A DNA stretch of 40,069 nucleotides from Planctomycetota bacterium (lineage in GTDB: Bacteria; Planctomycetota; SZUA-567; H5-PLA8): NCBI GenBank assembly GCA_038227875.1, contig JBBRPR010000072.1, forward strand, positions 1 to 40,069, written 5' to 3'. Within the stretch, counting starts at the first letter, position 1. The number at the start of each line of letters is the position of its first letter. Shown here one piece after another: positions 25,757-34,094 of the stretch. The notes beneath the pieces were generated by a model that was given only the letters and a program-made list of their open reading frames with translations, was not told where the DNA came from and made no database searches. Position numbers and translations under genes: made by a program.

Positions 25757-26851
25757 ATGCGGATTCGATCGGGGTTGGTTGTTCTTGGCACGCTGGCTGT
25801 GTTGGCTGGCATGGTGAGAGCAGAAGATGTTCCTTATCACGAAGGCTCGCGCCCGCCGGGTGCTCAAGCTGGCGAATGCTGGTGTCTGGTGACACTGCCC
25901 GCCGAATTCAAGACCGTTCAGGAAACCGTCTGCGTTCAGCCGGCCACCTGCACGTTCGAAACCATTCCTGCCGTTTACAAGACGGAAAAGGAACGGGTTT
26001 GCGTGAAGCCGGTCTGCAAGAAGCCGATCGAAGTTCCGGCGGAGTTCAAGACCGTTAAGGAACGCGTCTGCTCCAAGCCCGAATGTAAGAAGCCGATCGA
26101 AGTTCCGGCCGAATACAAGACGGTCACCGAACAGAAGATGGTCAAGTGCGAAAGCAAGCGCAAGATCTCCATCCCGGCTGTCTACGAAGACCGCTGCGAA
26201 CAGGTCTGCGTCAAGCCCGCCTGCAAGACCAAGCACGTCATTCCGGCCGAATACAAGGAAGTCTGCGAACAGGTTCAGACCTGTGGCCCGAAGACGGAAT
26301 GGAAGCGCTCGGAATGCACCGCTAACGACCTGAAGAAGGGCGAAGCGAAGGATGAATGCTGGTGCTTGGTCACCATCCCGGCGACTTTCAGCACTGTCAC
26401 CAAGCGCGTCTGCGTCAAGCCGGAAACCTGCGGCTACGACGAAGTTCCGGCCGAATACAAGACCGTCACCAAGCGCTGCAAGGTGAAGGACGAAAGCTGC
26501 ACGTACGAAACGATTCCCGCGCAGTACGAATGCGTCGAGAAGAAGGTCTGCGTCAAGCCGGCCACCTGCACGTACGAAGTCATTCCGGCCGAATACAAGG
26601 AAGTTGAAAAGACGGTCTGCGTCAAGCCGGCCTGCACCACCTACGAAGAAATCCCGGCGGAATACAAGGAAGTCGAAAAGCAGGTTCTCGTGACCTGTGA
26701 ATCGAAGCGCCGCATCGAAGTCCCGGCCAAGTTCGAAACCCGCACCCACGAAGTTCAGGTCTGCGGTGTTAAGAAGGTTTGGCGCAAGACGGACTGCGAC
26801 AAGGTCACGCCGGTTGCTCCTGCAGCCCCGGCCGCTCCGGCCGCCAAGTAA
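25757..26851 (+). CDS. Secreted cysteine-rich PAEY-repeat protein (12 repeats, 23-aa period)
   Basis: GGAGG RBS; signal peptide; 12 PAx[YF] units; two halves each opening ECWCLVT and closing W[KR]xxxC; about 29 Cys. Confidence 0.9.
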   Translation: MRIRSGLVVLGTLAVLAGMVRAEDVPYHEGSRPPGAQAGECWCLVTLPAEFKTVQETVCVQPATCTFETIPAVYKTEKERVCVKPVCKKPIEVPAEFKTVKERVCSKPECKKPIEVPAEYKTVTEQKMVKCESKRKISIPAVYEDRCEQVCVKPACKTKHVIPAEYKEVCEQVQTCGPKTEWKRSECTANDLKKGEAKDECWCLVTIPATFSTVTKRVCVKPETCGYDEVPAEYKTVTKRCKVKDESCTYETIPAQYECVEKKVCVKPATCTYEVIPAEYKEVEKTVCVKPACTTYEEIPAEYKEVEKQVLVTCESKRRIEVPAKFETRTHEVQVCGVKKVWRKTDCDKVTPVAPAAPAAPAAK

Positions 26852-26878
26852 CAACCTATCGTTCTTCTCTTCTCCAAG

Positions 26879-26910
26879 AAACCGGCGACGAAAGTCGCCG
26901 GTTTTCTTTT
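26879..26910 (+). terminator. Intrinsic terminator
   Basis: AAACCGGCGAC-GAAA-GTCGCCGGTTT followed by TCTTTT. Confidence 0.88.
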
Positions 26911-27175
26911 ACCCCTGCACAAATTGCAAAGCGGAAGCGCCAGGGAAACGACCTTCAGGCCCATTGGCCTGTAGGTCCGGACTCTCAGTCACTTATCGAT
27001 GGTAAGTTTGTGGTGCAGGCGTCCCGCCTGCAATGCCCCTGCGAAGCCAGGTAGGCCGCGGGATTCTGTAATCCAAATTGTAAAAAACTTTCGTTCGCGC
27101 GCCGAAGTACCTTGAGCTATCTTCGCGTCGGTCTCCAGACTGATAAGCCATTGTAGGAAAGAGGAAATTTAGAAT

Positions 27176-28450
27176 TTGAAAACGCTGCGACTGCTGAGTG
27201 CATTTTATTTTTTGAATTTTCTTTCCGCGGCTGCCGTCGAGGTACCGCTGCCGACGCCTGCGGCTCCAGCCGTGCCGAATGCCGATGACGTGCTTAAGAA
27301 GTCCGCGACTTTTTTCAGCACCCTCGACAGCCTCAGCACGGACATTCATGTGTACTGGCTGCGTAAATCGCCGGGCAATACCCATGAACGCGAAGCCGAC
27401 TACCACATCGAAATGCAGCAGCCCAACAAGTGGCTGGTGACGATGAAGGACGGCCCGGAGACCACGTACGTCTGGGTCTGCGACGGGAAACTGGTTCAGA
27501 CCTACATCGCAGGCATGAAGAAATGCACCCGCCACCGCGCGCCGGGAAGCATCGTGGATCTGGTGACCAGCAGCGAGATCGAGACGATCAAGAGCACGAT
27601 GGAGAACGTGATGGTGCTGGATCTGATGCTCAACAACAATCCCGTGGAAGAATTTAAAAAGCGTTTCAACGTCCGCGAACTGGGCGGCACTTCCACCATC
27701 AACGGCACGAAAGCGCAGACGCTCAAATTCATCCGCGAAGACACCGGCGTCCATTGGGACCTCGCCTTTGCCGACAGCGAGCAGCCCGTGCCGCTGCAGA
27801 CTTTCGCAGATTTGACCAGCGTCGACAGGGAGCGCAAGCCCGACTCCAAGACCACGATCCGCTGTACATTCTCAAATTGGAAGATCAACACGCCGCCGGC
27901 GGCCGGAACGTTTCAGTTCACGCCGCCGCCCGGCACGGAAAAGGTAAAGGATTTCTTCGAGCCGGAGAAGCCCAGCCCGCTGCTCAACAAACCGCTGCCG
28001 GCCGCGCGGATTCAGATGCTCGACGGTTCCCACACCGACACCGCCGCGCTGCGGGGAAAAATCGTGCTCTTGGACTTCTGGCAGATTCACTGCATCCCCT
28101 GCCTTTACGGCATGCCCAAGCTCGACAATCTGGCGCGGCAGTACGGAAAAAAGGGCGTGGCGATCTACGCCATCAACGAGATCGACAGCGGCGAGGATTT
28201 GAAGAATTTCGTCAAGACCAAGTCGTGGACCTCGAACCTCAAACTCGGCCAGGCTGGCGGTTCGACTTCCGAAAAATTGGGAATAACCGAGACCCCAATT
28301 TCGATCTTGATCGATAAAAACGGTGTCGTACGTTCAGTACACAAGTTCATGGATGAGGCCGCGCTCACCAACTTGGCGGCCGAATTGGATGCGTTGATCG
28401 ATGGCAGAGACCTCCCCAAACCTCCCCCGGAACCCGATGATGAGCCGTGA
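27176..28450 (+). CDS. Exported DUF2092/LolA-like + TlpA/redoxin fusion protein
   Basis: TTG start after AGAGGA; signal peptide; DUF2092-like (QPNK..., VCDGK, FSNWKIN, FQFTPPPG); redoxin LRGKIVLLDFWQIHCIPC, TPISILIDKNGVVR. Confidence 0.85.
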   Translation: MKTLRLLSAFYFLNFLSAAAVEVPLPTPAAPAVPNADDVLKKSATFFSTLDSLSTDIHVYWLRKSPGNTHEREADYHIEMQQPNKWLVTMKDGPETTYVWVCDGKLVQTYIAGMKKCTRHRAPGSIVDLVTSSEIETIKSTMENVMVLDLMLNNNPVEEFKKRFNVRELGGTSTINGTKAQTLKFIREDTGVHWDLAFADSEQPVPLQTFADLTSVDRERKPDSKTTIRCTFSNWKINTPPAAGTFQFTPPPGTEKVKDFFEPEKPSPLLNKPLPAARIQMLDGSHTDTAALRGKIVLLDFWQIHCIPCLYGMPKLDNLARQYGKKGVAIYAINEIDSGEDLKNFVKTKSWTSNLKLGQAGGSTSEKLGITETPISILIDKNGVVRSVHKFMDEAALTNLAAELDALIDGRDLPKPPPEPDDEP

Positions 28451-29306
28451 TGTGTCATTGCTTCATGTTCCTCAACGGCAGTTGTGGACACTGCTGGCCG
28501 CAGCGTTGTTGCTCCTTCCCATTGCTTCGAGTCTGGCGGCGGAAGACGCCCCGAACGAAGAGCCCAAAGTAGGCGCGGAACTTTTCTATTCTGAGAAGGA
28601 CGCGCACTGGGCACAGGCCAAAAAAATCATCGACGACATTGAGAAGAAATTCAAAACGGTCACATTGAAGCGCATCAACACCGACACCAACGAAGGCCGC
28701 GACACTCTCACGGACCTGATCAAGGAGCGCAACCTCAAGGAAAGCGGTGATCTGGTCTTCGTCTTCGGCCCGTTTTCGCTGGTGAGCAAAGGCGCGGACC
28801 GCGAAGTCGAGCTGTACATGGAGCCGCTGATCACGCGCATCCTGGACCCCAAGCCCGCGAAGGGGCGCGTCCCGGCCAACGTCGGGGACTACGTGAAGGA
28901 AATCTTCGGCAAGACCGCGACTGAGGAAACCATCGGCACGCCGGACAAGGACGAAAAGATCGTCTACCACAAAGTCAGCTCCGGCGGGAAGCAGGTGGGC
29001 TGGGTGGTCGATGCGTACCATCCGATCAAATGCCCGATCTGCAGCGACGTCCAGTTCCTGCTCGCTGTCGACCCTGATTTCAAAACCCTGGACATCCGCT
29101 CGATGCGCCAGTTGGAACGCCGCGGCCGCAAGCTCGAAGACGCCGAGGCCGCAAAATTCCTGGGTCAGTTCAAGAAGCAGCTCCCGACCAAGGACGACCT
29201 GAAAGTCGACGCCCTCTCCGGCGCCACGAAAACCACCGTGGCTTACGAAGAGGCCATGAACGACATCATCAACGAGCTCAAGAAACAGGCCGGCAAGAAA
29301 AAGTAA
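28437..29306 (+). CDS. Exported FMN-binding (flavinylation) domain protein with thioredoxin-like N-domain
   Basis: Signal peptide; C-terminal KFLGQFK...VDALSGATKTT (SGAT flavinylation motif, RnfG/NqrC-like); internal CPIC. Start overlaps the upstream stop (alternative GTG 28452). Confidence 0.8.
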   Translation: MMSRDVSLLHVPQRQLWTLLAAALLLLPIASSLAAEDAPNEEPKVGAELFYSEKDAHWAQAKKIIDDIEKKFKTVTLKRINTDTNEGRDTLTDLIKERNLKESGDLVFVFGPFSLVSKGADREVELYMEPLITRILDPKPAKGRVPANVGDYVKEIFGKTATEETIGTPDKDEKIVYHKVSSGGKQVGWVVDAYHPIKCPICSDVQFLLAVDPDFKTLDIRSMRQLERRGRKLEDAEAAKFLGQFKKQLPTKDDLKVDALSGATKTTVAYEEAMNDIINELKKQAGKKK

Positions 29307-29310
29307 CGCG

Positions 29311-30084
29311 TCAGTGAGCGACGGCGAAGCGCGTGCTGCAGTAGACCAGCAGCACCGCCAGCTCCGAAAATTCCACGGATAATCCCAGCACATCGCCGGT
29401 CACTCCGCCCAATTTCGAGCGCGAAATCAAAATCACGAGCCCCGTCGTCAGCAGCGCGGCGCCGAAGGCGATGCCCGCGCGCAACGGCAGTGGATCGATC
29501 AGCGCCAACCCCAGCGGCACCAGCGCGCCGAGCACCAACGCGCCCGCGCCGAGATGCTGCGCGAATTCGTCGCCGAGTCCACCGGGCCGCGCGGACGGCT
29601 GTCGGGCAATCAGCAGCAGCGTGAAACGGGCGACGACCGGCGCGAAGAGCAGAGGAAGGACCGGGCCGAGCCACTCCGGCCCCAGGCCGCGCGGCTGGCC
29701 GTGCGCTTCGGCCAGAGCCGTGACTTTCAGCAGTAGAAACAGAACCAGGCTGATGCCGCCGAACGCGCCCATGCGCGGATCGCGCATGATCTCCAGGCGG
29801 CGCTCGCGCGAAACGGCCGCGAAGAACCCGTCGCCGCAGTCGGCGACGCCATCCAGATGCAAGCCGCCCGTCAGCCACGCCCACGCCGCAATCGTCAGGA
29901 CTGCGCCGACGGACGCCGGAAATACCCACTGCGCCGCGAAGTAAATCGCGTACAGCAGCGCGCCGAGCACCAATCCCACGAACGGAAACAGCCCCGCGGA
30001 GCGGCCGAGATCGCCGCGCTCCCATTGAACCGTTGGCAATGGGAGAACGGTGAGGAACCCGAACGCGGAGATCAGTCGTTTCAT
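29311..30084 (-). CDS. cobS: Adenosylcobinamide-GDP ribazoletransferase (cobalamin synthase)
   Basis: FLTVLP, FPFVG, LTGGLHLDGVADCGDG, RLEIMRDPRMGAFG, LGGVTGDVLG. Confidence 0.95.
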   Translation of the reverse strand: MKRLISAFGFLTVLPLPTVQWERGDLGRSAGLFPFVGLVLGALLYAIYFAAQWVFPASVGAVLTIAAWAWLTGGLHLDGVADCGDGFFAAVSRERRLEIMRDPRMGAFGGISLVLFLLLKVTALAEAHGQPRGLGPEWLGPVLPLLFAPVVARFTLLLIARQPSARPGGLGDEFAQHLGAGALVLGALVPLGLALIDPLPLRAGIAFGAALLTTGLVILISRSKLGGVTGDVLGLSVEFSELAVLLVYCSTRFAVAH

Positions 30085-31130
30085 GCGGGCTTCGACGAGA
30101 CGCTGGCTTCGGCGAACGTCGCCATCTCGGAAAGAATGCGCGCCGCCGCCTCAACCAGATGAAACGCGAGCACCGCGCCAGTACCTTCGCCCAGCCGCAG
30201 ATCCAGGTCCAGCAGCGGACGCAAGCCCAGGTGCTCCAGCGTGGCGTGATGCCCGATCTCGACGGAGCGATGTCCCGCGAACAAGTAACCCTTCACACCA
30301 GGCTCCAGTCCCGCGGCAATCAACGCCGCCGCACCGGAGATGAACCCGTCCACGACCACCGGTACGCGTCGCGAGGCTGCGGCAATGATCACGCCCGCCA
30401 GGCCCGCGATCTCAAAGCCGCCCACTTTCGCCACGACATCCAGCGCGTCTTTCGCATCGGGCTTATTTAACGCGATGGCCCGCTCGATCGCCGAAACCTT
30501 GCGTTGCCAGCCGGCATCGTCGATTCCCGTGCCGCGGCCGGTCACCTTCGCCGGCGGCAATCCAGTCAGCACCGAAACAATCGCTGCCGACGCGGTCGTG
30601 TTGCCAATCCCCATGTCGCCCGTCGCGACCAGATCCAGTCCTTGCGAGTACTCCGTTTCAAACACCGCCATGCCCGCTTCGATCGCTGCTTGCGCCTGCG
30701 CGCGGGTCATCGCCGGACCGGCCAGCATGCTCTGCGTTCCCGCCGCAATGCGCCGGTTGAGCAGCTTCGGGTGCGCGGGAAGTTCGCTGGCGACGCCCAT
30801 GTCGACAACGACCACGCGCGCACCGGCCTGGCGGGCGAAGACATTGATCGCCGCGCCGCCGTTGAGAAAATTCAGAACCATCTGCGCCGTAACTTCCTGC
30901 GGGTAGGCGCTCACGCCTTCCCGCGCGACGCCGTGGTCGGCGGCCATCACAATCACCGCTTTACGCGCGACCGACGGCTTCACGTGTCCCGTCATCGCGG
31001 CGAGCTGGACGCCAATTTCTTCCAACCGGCCGAGACTTCCCGCCGGCTTGGTCAGCGAATTCTGGCGGCGCAGCGCCTCGGCCTGAGCGTGGGTATCCAA
31101 TTTGGGAACCGCGGGCAGATGCAGGGGCAT
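30081..31130 (-). CDS. cobT: Nicotinate-nucleotide--dimethylbenzimidazole phosphoribosyltransferase
   Basis: LTKPAGSLGRLE, AADHGV..EGVSAYP, GDMGIGNTT, GRGTG, GGFEIAG, DGFI, LRLGEGTGA, MATFAEA; ATGA overlap with cobS. Confidence 0.96.
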   Translation of the reverse strand: MPLHLPAVPKLDTHAQAEALRRQNSLTKPAGSLGRLEEIGVQLAAMTGHVKPSVARKAVIVMAADHGVAREGVSAYPQEVTAQMVLNFLNGGAAINVFARQAGARVVVVDMGVASELPAHPKLLNRRIAAGTQSMLAGPAMTRAQAQAAIEAGMAVFETEYSQGLDLVATGDMGIGNTTASAAIVSVLTGLPPAKVTGRGTGIDDAGWQRKVSAIERAIALNKPDAKDALDVVAKVGGFEIAGLAGVIIAAASRRVPVVVDGFISGAAALIAAGLEPGVKGYLFAGHRSVEIGHHATLEHLGLRPLLDLDLRLGEGTGAVLAFHLVEAAARILSEMATFAEASVSSKPA

Positions 31131-31320
31131 GGGTGATCCAAAAAATGGGAAGGCGATAGATAAAAGAGGTTTAGCGCAGCCGGCGTCAAAAAACCAGTGG
31201 AGCGGGGGCTTTGCCTTTCTGCAAAATCCGTGCTCTGAACTTGCGCGCACACCGCTCTGCGAGTCTATTCTAGCATGGCGACGCACTGGTGAACCCTGAT
31301 TTCAATTCGAAACGGAAGAC

Positions 31321-32049
31321 GTGGCGGTGAACGGCTTGCATTACCAAACCAGCACGGAAGTTAAACCGCTGAACCCTCCGGCCACCCGAGAGCTCTTGAT
31401 GACCTGGCCCAACCTGCTGACTTTGTTCCGCCTCTGTTCGGCGCCCGTCTTTCTGGCGCTGTTTATCGGAACAGGCAAAGACGGGTTTCTGCAGAACGTG
31501 ATGTCCGCGCACGCCGGCCTGATCTGCTGCCTGGTCGTGATGCTGCTGAGCGAACTCTCCGACGTCCTCGATGGCATCCTCGCCCGGAAGCTCAACCAGG
31601 TCAGCGATTTTGGCAAGCTGCTCGATCCGTACGCCGATTCAACCTTCCGCATGAGCTGCTACTTCTCCTTCGCCAGCCACGCGCACGGCAAATGGATTCC
31701 GCTGTGGATGGTGATGATCCTGTTCTACCGCGACCTGCTCGTCACCGTGATCCGCACGTTTGGCGTCGAGCGACGCGAATTCGTCCACGCGCGCGCGAGC
31801 GGGAAAATCAAAGCCGTCGCTCAAGGCACGGTGGTGGGTGTGACGCTGGGCATCGCGGTGATCATGGGTGAGAACACAGTCGCCTACGAAGCGACCAGCG
31901 CAGGGTTGGTCACGTCACTGGCGCATACGTTGATGTGGCTGGTCACTGCGGTGACCGTCTGGTCCGGTGTGGATTATTTTCTCGGCAATAAACACTTGTT
32001 CGAAACGGCCATGACAAGTTCCAAGAGCGACGGGCCGACGCCGGAGTGA
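31321..32049 (+). CDS. pgsA: CDP-alcohol phosphatidyltransferase (PgsA-like)
   Basis: PNLLTLFRL; SDVLDGILARKLNQVSDFGKLLDPYAD; RDLLV; ASGKIKAVAQ; SGVDYF. Start is GTG 31321 or ATG 31399. Confidence 0.85.
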   Translation: MAVNGLHYQTSTEVKPLNPPATRELLMTWPNLLTLFRLCSAPVFLALFIGTGKDGFLQNVMSAHAGLICCLVVMLLSELSDVLDGILARKLNQVSDFGKLLDPYADSTFRMSCYFSFASHAHGKWIPLWMVMILFYRDLLVTVIRTFGVERREFVHARASGKIKAVAQGTVVGVTLGIAVIMGENTVAYEATSAGLVTSLAHTLMWLVTAVTVWSGVDYFLGNKHLFETAMTSSKSDGPTPE

Positions 32050-32286
32050 CTCGCCCCTGTGTCGTTTGCTCGTGTCGTCCTACTTAGGAAAATATTTGCA
32101 CGCTGCTCGAAATCCACACCCTCCCTCTGCTTGTGTTGACTTTTACCCACTTTGATCCAATATCATTTTATTAACGATCTGCGCAATTGCCATCAGCAGC
32201 GGCAGTTACGCGCGAATCCTTTTAATGCACTTGGCAAAGTATTTGTGCTTTGTCCACCCGTTGCAACTCTTCAAGGTGATTCAGTC

Positions 32287-34041
32287 GTGGCAAAAGCGCT
32301 CGTCAATGATCAACCGGGAATTCTTCAGACTCGACGTGAAAACGAAGAGCTCCGGCATGTCAACGTTTCGTCCCTGACGCCTATCAGCGAAGCGATGGGC
32401 GAGGACAAATCGCCCAAAGAGGTGCTGCAACTGATTCTAAAAGCCGCCTTTAGCATCACCCGCGCCAGCTCCGCGAGCTTGATGTTGATCGACGGAGAAA
32501 GCAGCACGCTCACCGTTGAAGCCGCGGAAGGCTTTAAAGGTAAACGCATTTTCAACACCCGCCTGGCGGTGGGGCAGGGCGTGACCGGCTGGGTGGCGGA
32601 GACCGGCGTCCCGCTGCGCCTGGGCAACGTCCGTAAAGACCCGCGCTACATCCGCGTGCAGCAGAACCTGCGCAGCGAACTGGCCGTGCCGATGAAGATC
32701 CGCGGCCGCGTGATCGGCGTGATCTCCTGCGACTCGACGCGGCTGAACCATTTTACGCCCGAAGACGAAGCGCTGCTCTCCTCGCTGGCGGCGCAGTCGG
32801 CGCGCGTGATTCAGACCACGCGGCTTTACGAAGAAGCACGCCGCCGCGCCGAAGAGCTCGAACTGCTCAGCGAAGTCAGCCGCATCGTCAGCAGCTCCCT
32901 GGACAAGCGCGAAGTCCTCGCGCAGGTCGTGGCGCAGACGGCGCTGGTCTTCCGCGCCGAAATCGTCTCCGTGTTCTACATGAACGAAGCGGGCATGCTC
33001 GAAATGGAGGCCTGCCACGGCGGTTCGGAGGAATACAAGCAGCAGCCGCCGCTGAGCGTGAAAAGCTCGTGGCTGGGTCCGATCATCGAAGCCGGCAAGC
33101 CGATGATCATCGAAGACGTGCAGGCGCACCGCAACGGCGCCAAGGTGAAGCTCGACGCCTCGATCACCTCCGTGCTGGCCGTGCCGCTGATCTCGAAAGG
33201 CAAGGCGCTGGGTATTCTCTGCGCGTACGGCGCGAAAGGGCGCTGCTTCGATCTTCACGACCAGGGCCTGCTGGAAAGTCTCTCGCGTTCGGCGGCGCTG
33301 GCGATTGAAAACGCGCGCGCCCACCAGCGCATGCTCGCCGCGGAAGAAGCGCTGCGCGGCGCGGAAAAATTGTCGATGCTCGGTGAACTGGCAGCCGGTC
33401 TCGCGCATGAGATCCGCAACCCGCTCACCAGCATCAAAGTTCTCTTCGGCACGCTGCGCAAGACGACCAAGATCTCCGGCGATGCCGAAGGCGACGCCGA
33501 GATGATCACCAAGCAGATCGCGCGGCTGGAGACGATCGTCGAAGGCTTCCTCAACACCGCGCGCGCACAGGTCGCGCCGACCGATCTCAAGCCCGTGGAT
33601 TTCAACGCGACCGTCGACGAGGCGATGCTGCTGCTGGCGTCGTCGGCCAGCGAAGGCACGCGCCTGATGATCGAACTCTGCGACGGCGAACTGCCCGTCC
33701 ACGGCGACGCCACGCAGCTCTCGCAGGTGGTCTACAACATTGTGCTCAATGCCATTCAGGCCGTGGACAAGCGCGGCCGGATCTGTGTGTCGACCGGGCA
33801 CACGGGAAAGGGAAACGGCAGCGTTTTCCTGGAAGTCTGCGACGACGGCCCGGGCCTGGCCGAGTCGGTACAACTGAAGCTGTTCCAGCCCTTCATCACC
33901 ACCAAGAAAACCGGAGTGGGGTTGGGTCTGTCCATCGTGAAACGCATCGTAGAGTCGCACGGGGGGAGGCTCGAAGTGGAGTCGCCCCGCGCCGACATCG
34001 GGAAAGGGGCCCGCTTTCAGGTGTACCTGCCAACGGCTTAG
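32287..34041 (+). CDS. Cytoplasmic GAF-GAF sensor histidine kinase
   Basis: Two GAF domains (GQGVTGWVAETG..SELAVPM; SVLAVPL..ALAIENA), H-box AHEIRNPL, N-box NIVLNAIQA, DDGPG, F.PFITTK, G.GLGL; no TM segment. Start is uncertain. Confidence 0.93.
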   Translation: MAKALVNDQPGILQTRRENEELRHVNVSSLTPISEAMGEDKSPKEVLQLILKAAFSITRASSASLMLIDGESSTLTVEAAEGFKGKRIFNTRLAVGQGVTGWVAETGVPLRLGNVRKDPRYIRVQQNLRSELAVPMKIRGRVIGVISCDSTRLNHFTPEDEALLSSLAAQSARVIQTTRLYEEARRRAEELELLSEVSRIVSSSLDKREVLAQVVAQTALVFRAEIVSVFYMNEAGMLEMEACHGGSEEYKQQPPLSVKSSWLGPIIEAGKPMIIEDVQAHRNGAKVKLDASITSVLAVPLISKGKALGILCAYGAKGRCFDLHDQGLLESLSRSAALAIENARAHQRMLAAEEALRGAEKLSMLGELAAGLAHEIRNPLTSIKVLFGTLRKTTKISGDAEGDAEMITKQIARLETIVEGFLNTARAQVAPTDLKPVDFNATVDEAMLLLASSASEGTRLMIELCDGELPVHGDATQLSQVVYNIVLNAIQAVDKRGRICVSTGHTGKGNGSVFLEVCDDGPGLAESVQLKLFQPFITTKKTGVGLGLSIVKRIVESHGGRLEVESPRADIGKGARFQVYLPTA

Positions 34042-34094
34042 CGGGCCCGGAAAAAGTGCAGCGTGAGCAACGCTGAAGAAAAGAGGTAAGTGCC

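Noticed and set aside
25890..26740. 69-bp periodic DNA repeats (CCGGCCGAATACAAG) as a possible CRISPR array
   Set aside because: The repeats are in-frame coding units with synonymous variation, and the intervening sequences resemble each other; no cas genes.
25724..26854. 376-aa antisense ORF mirroring the Cys-rich gene
   Set aside because: Shadow ORF caused by strong codon bias and repeats; the plus-strand gene has an RBS, signal peptide and terminator.
31131..31320. Cobalamin riboswitch upstream of cobT
   Set aside because: I could not find the B12-box or the conserved GGGAA...GCCACTG arrangement on the minus strand; an Rfam scan would be decisive.
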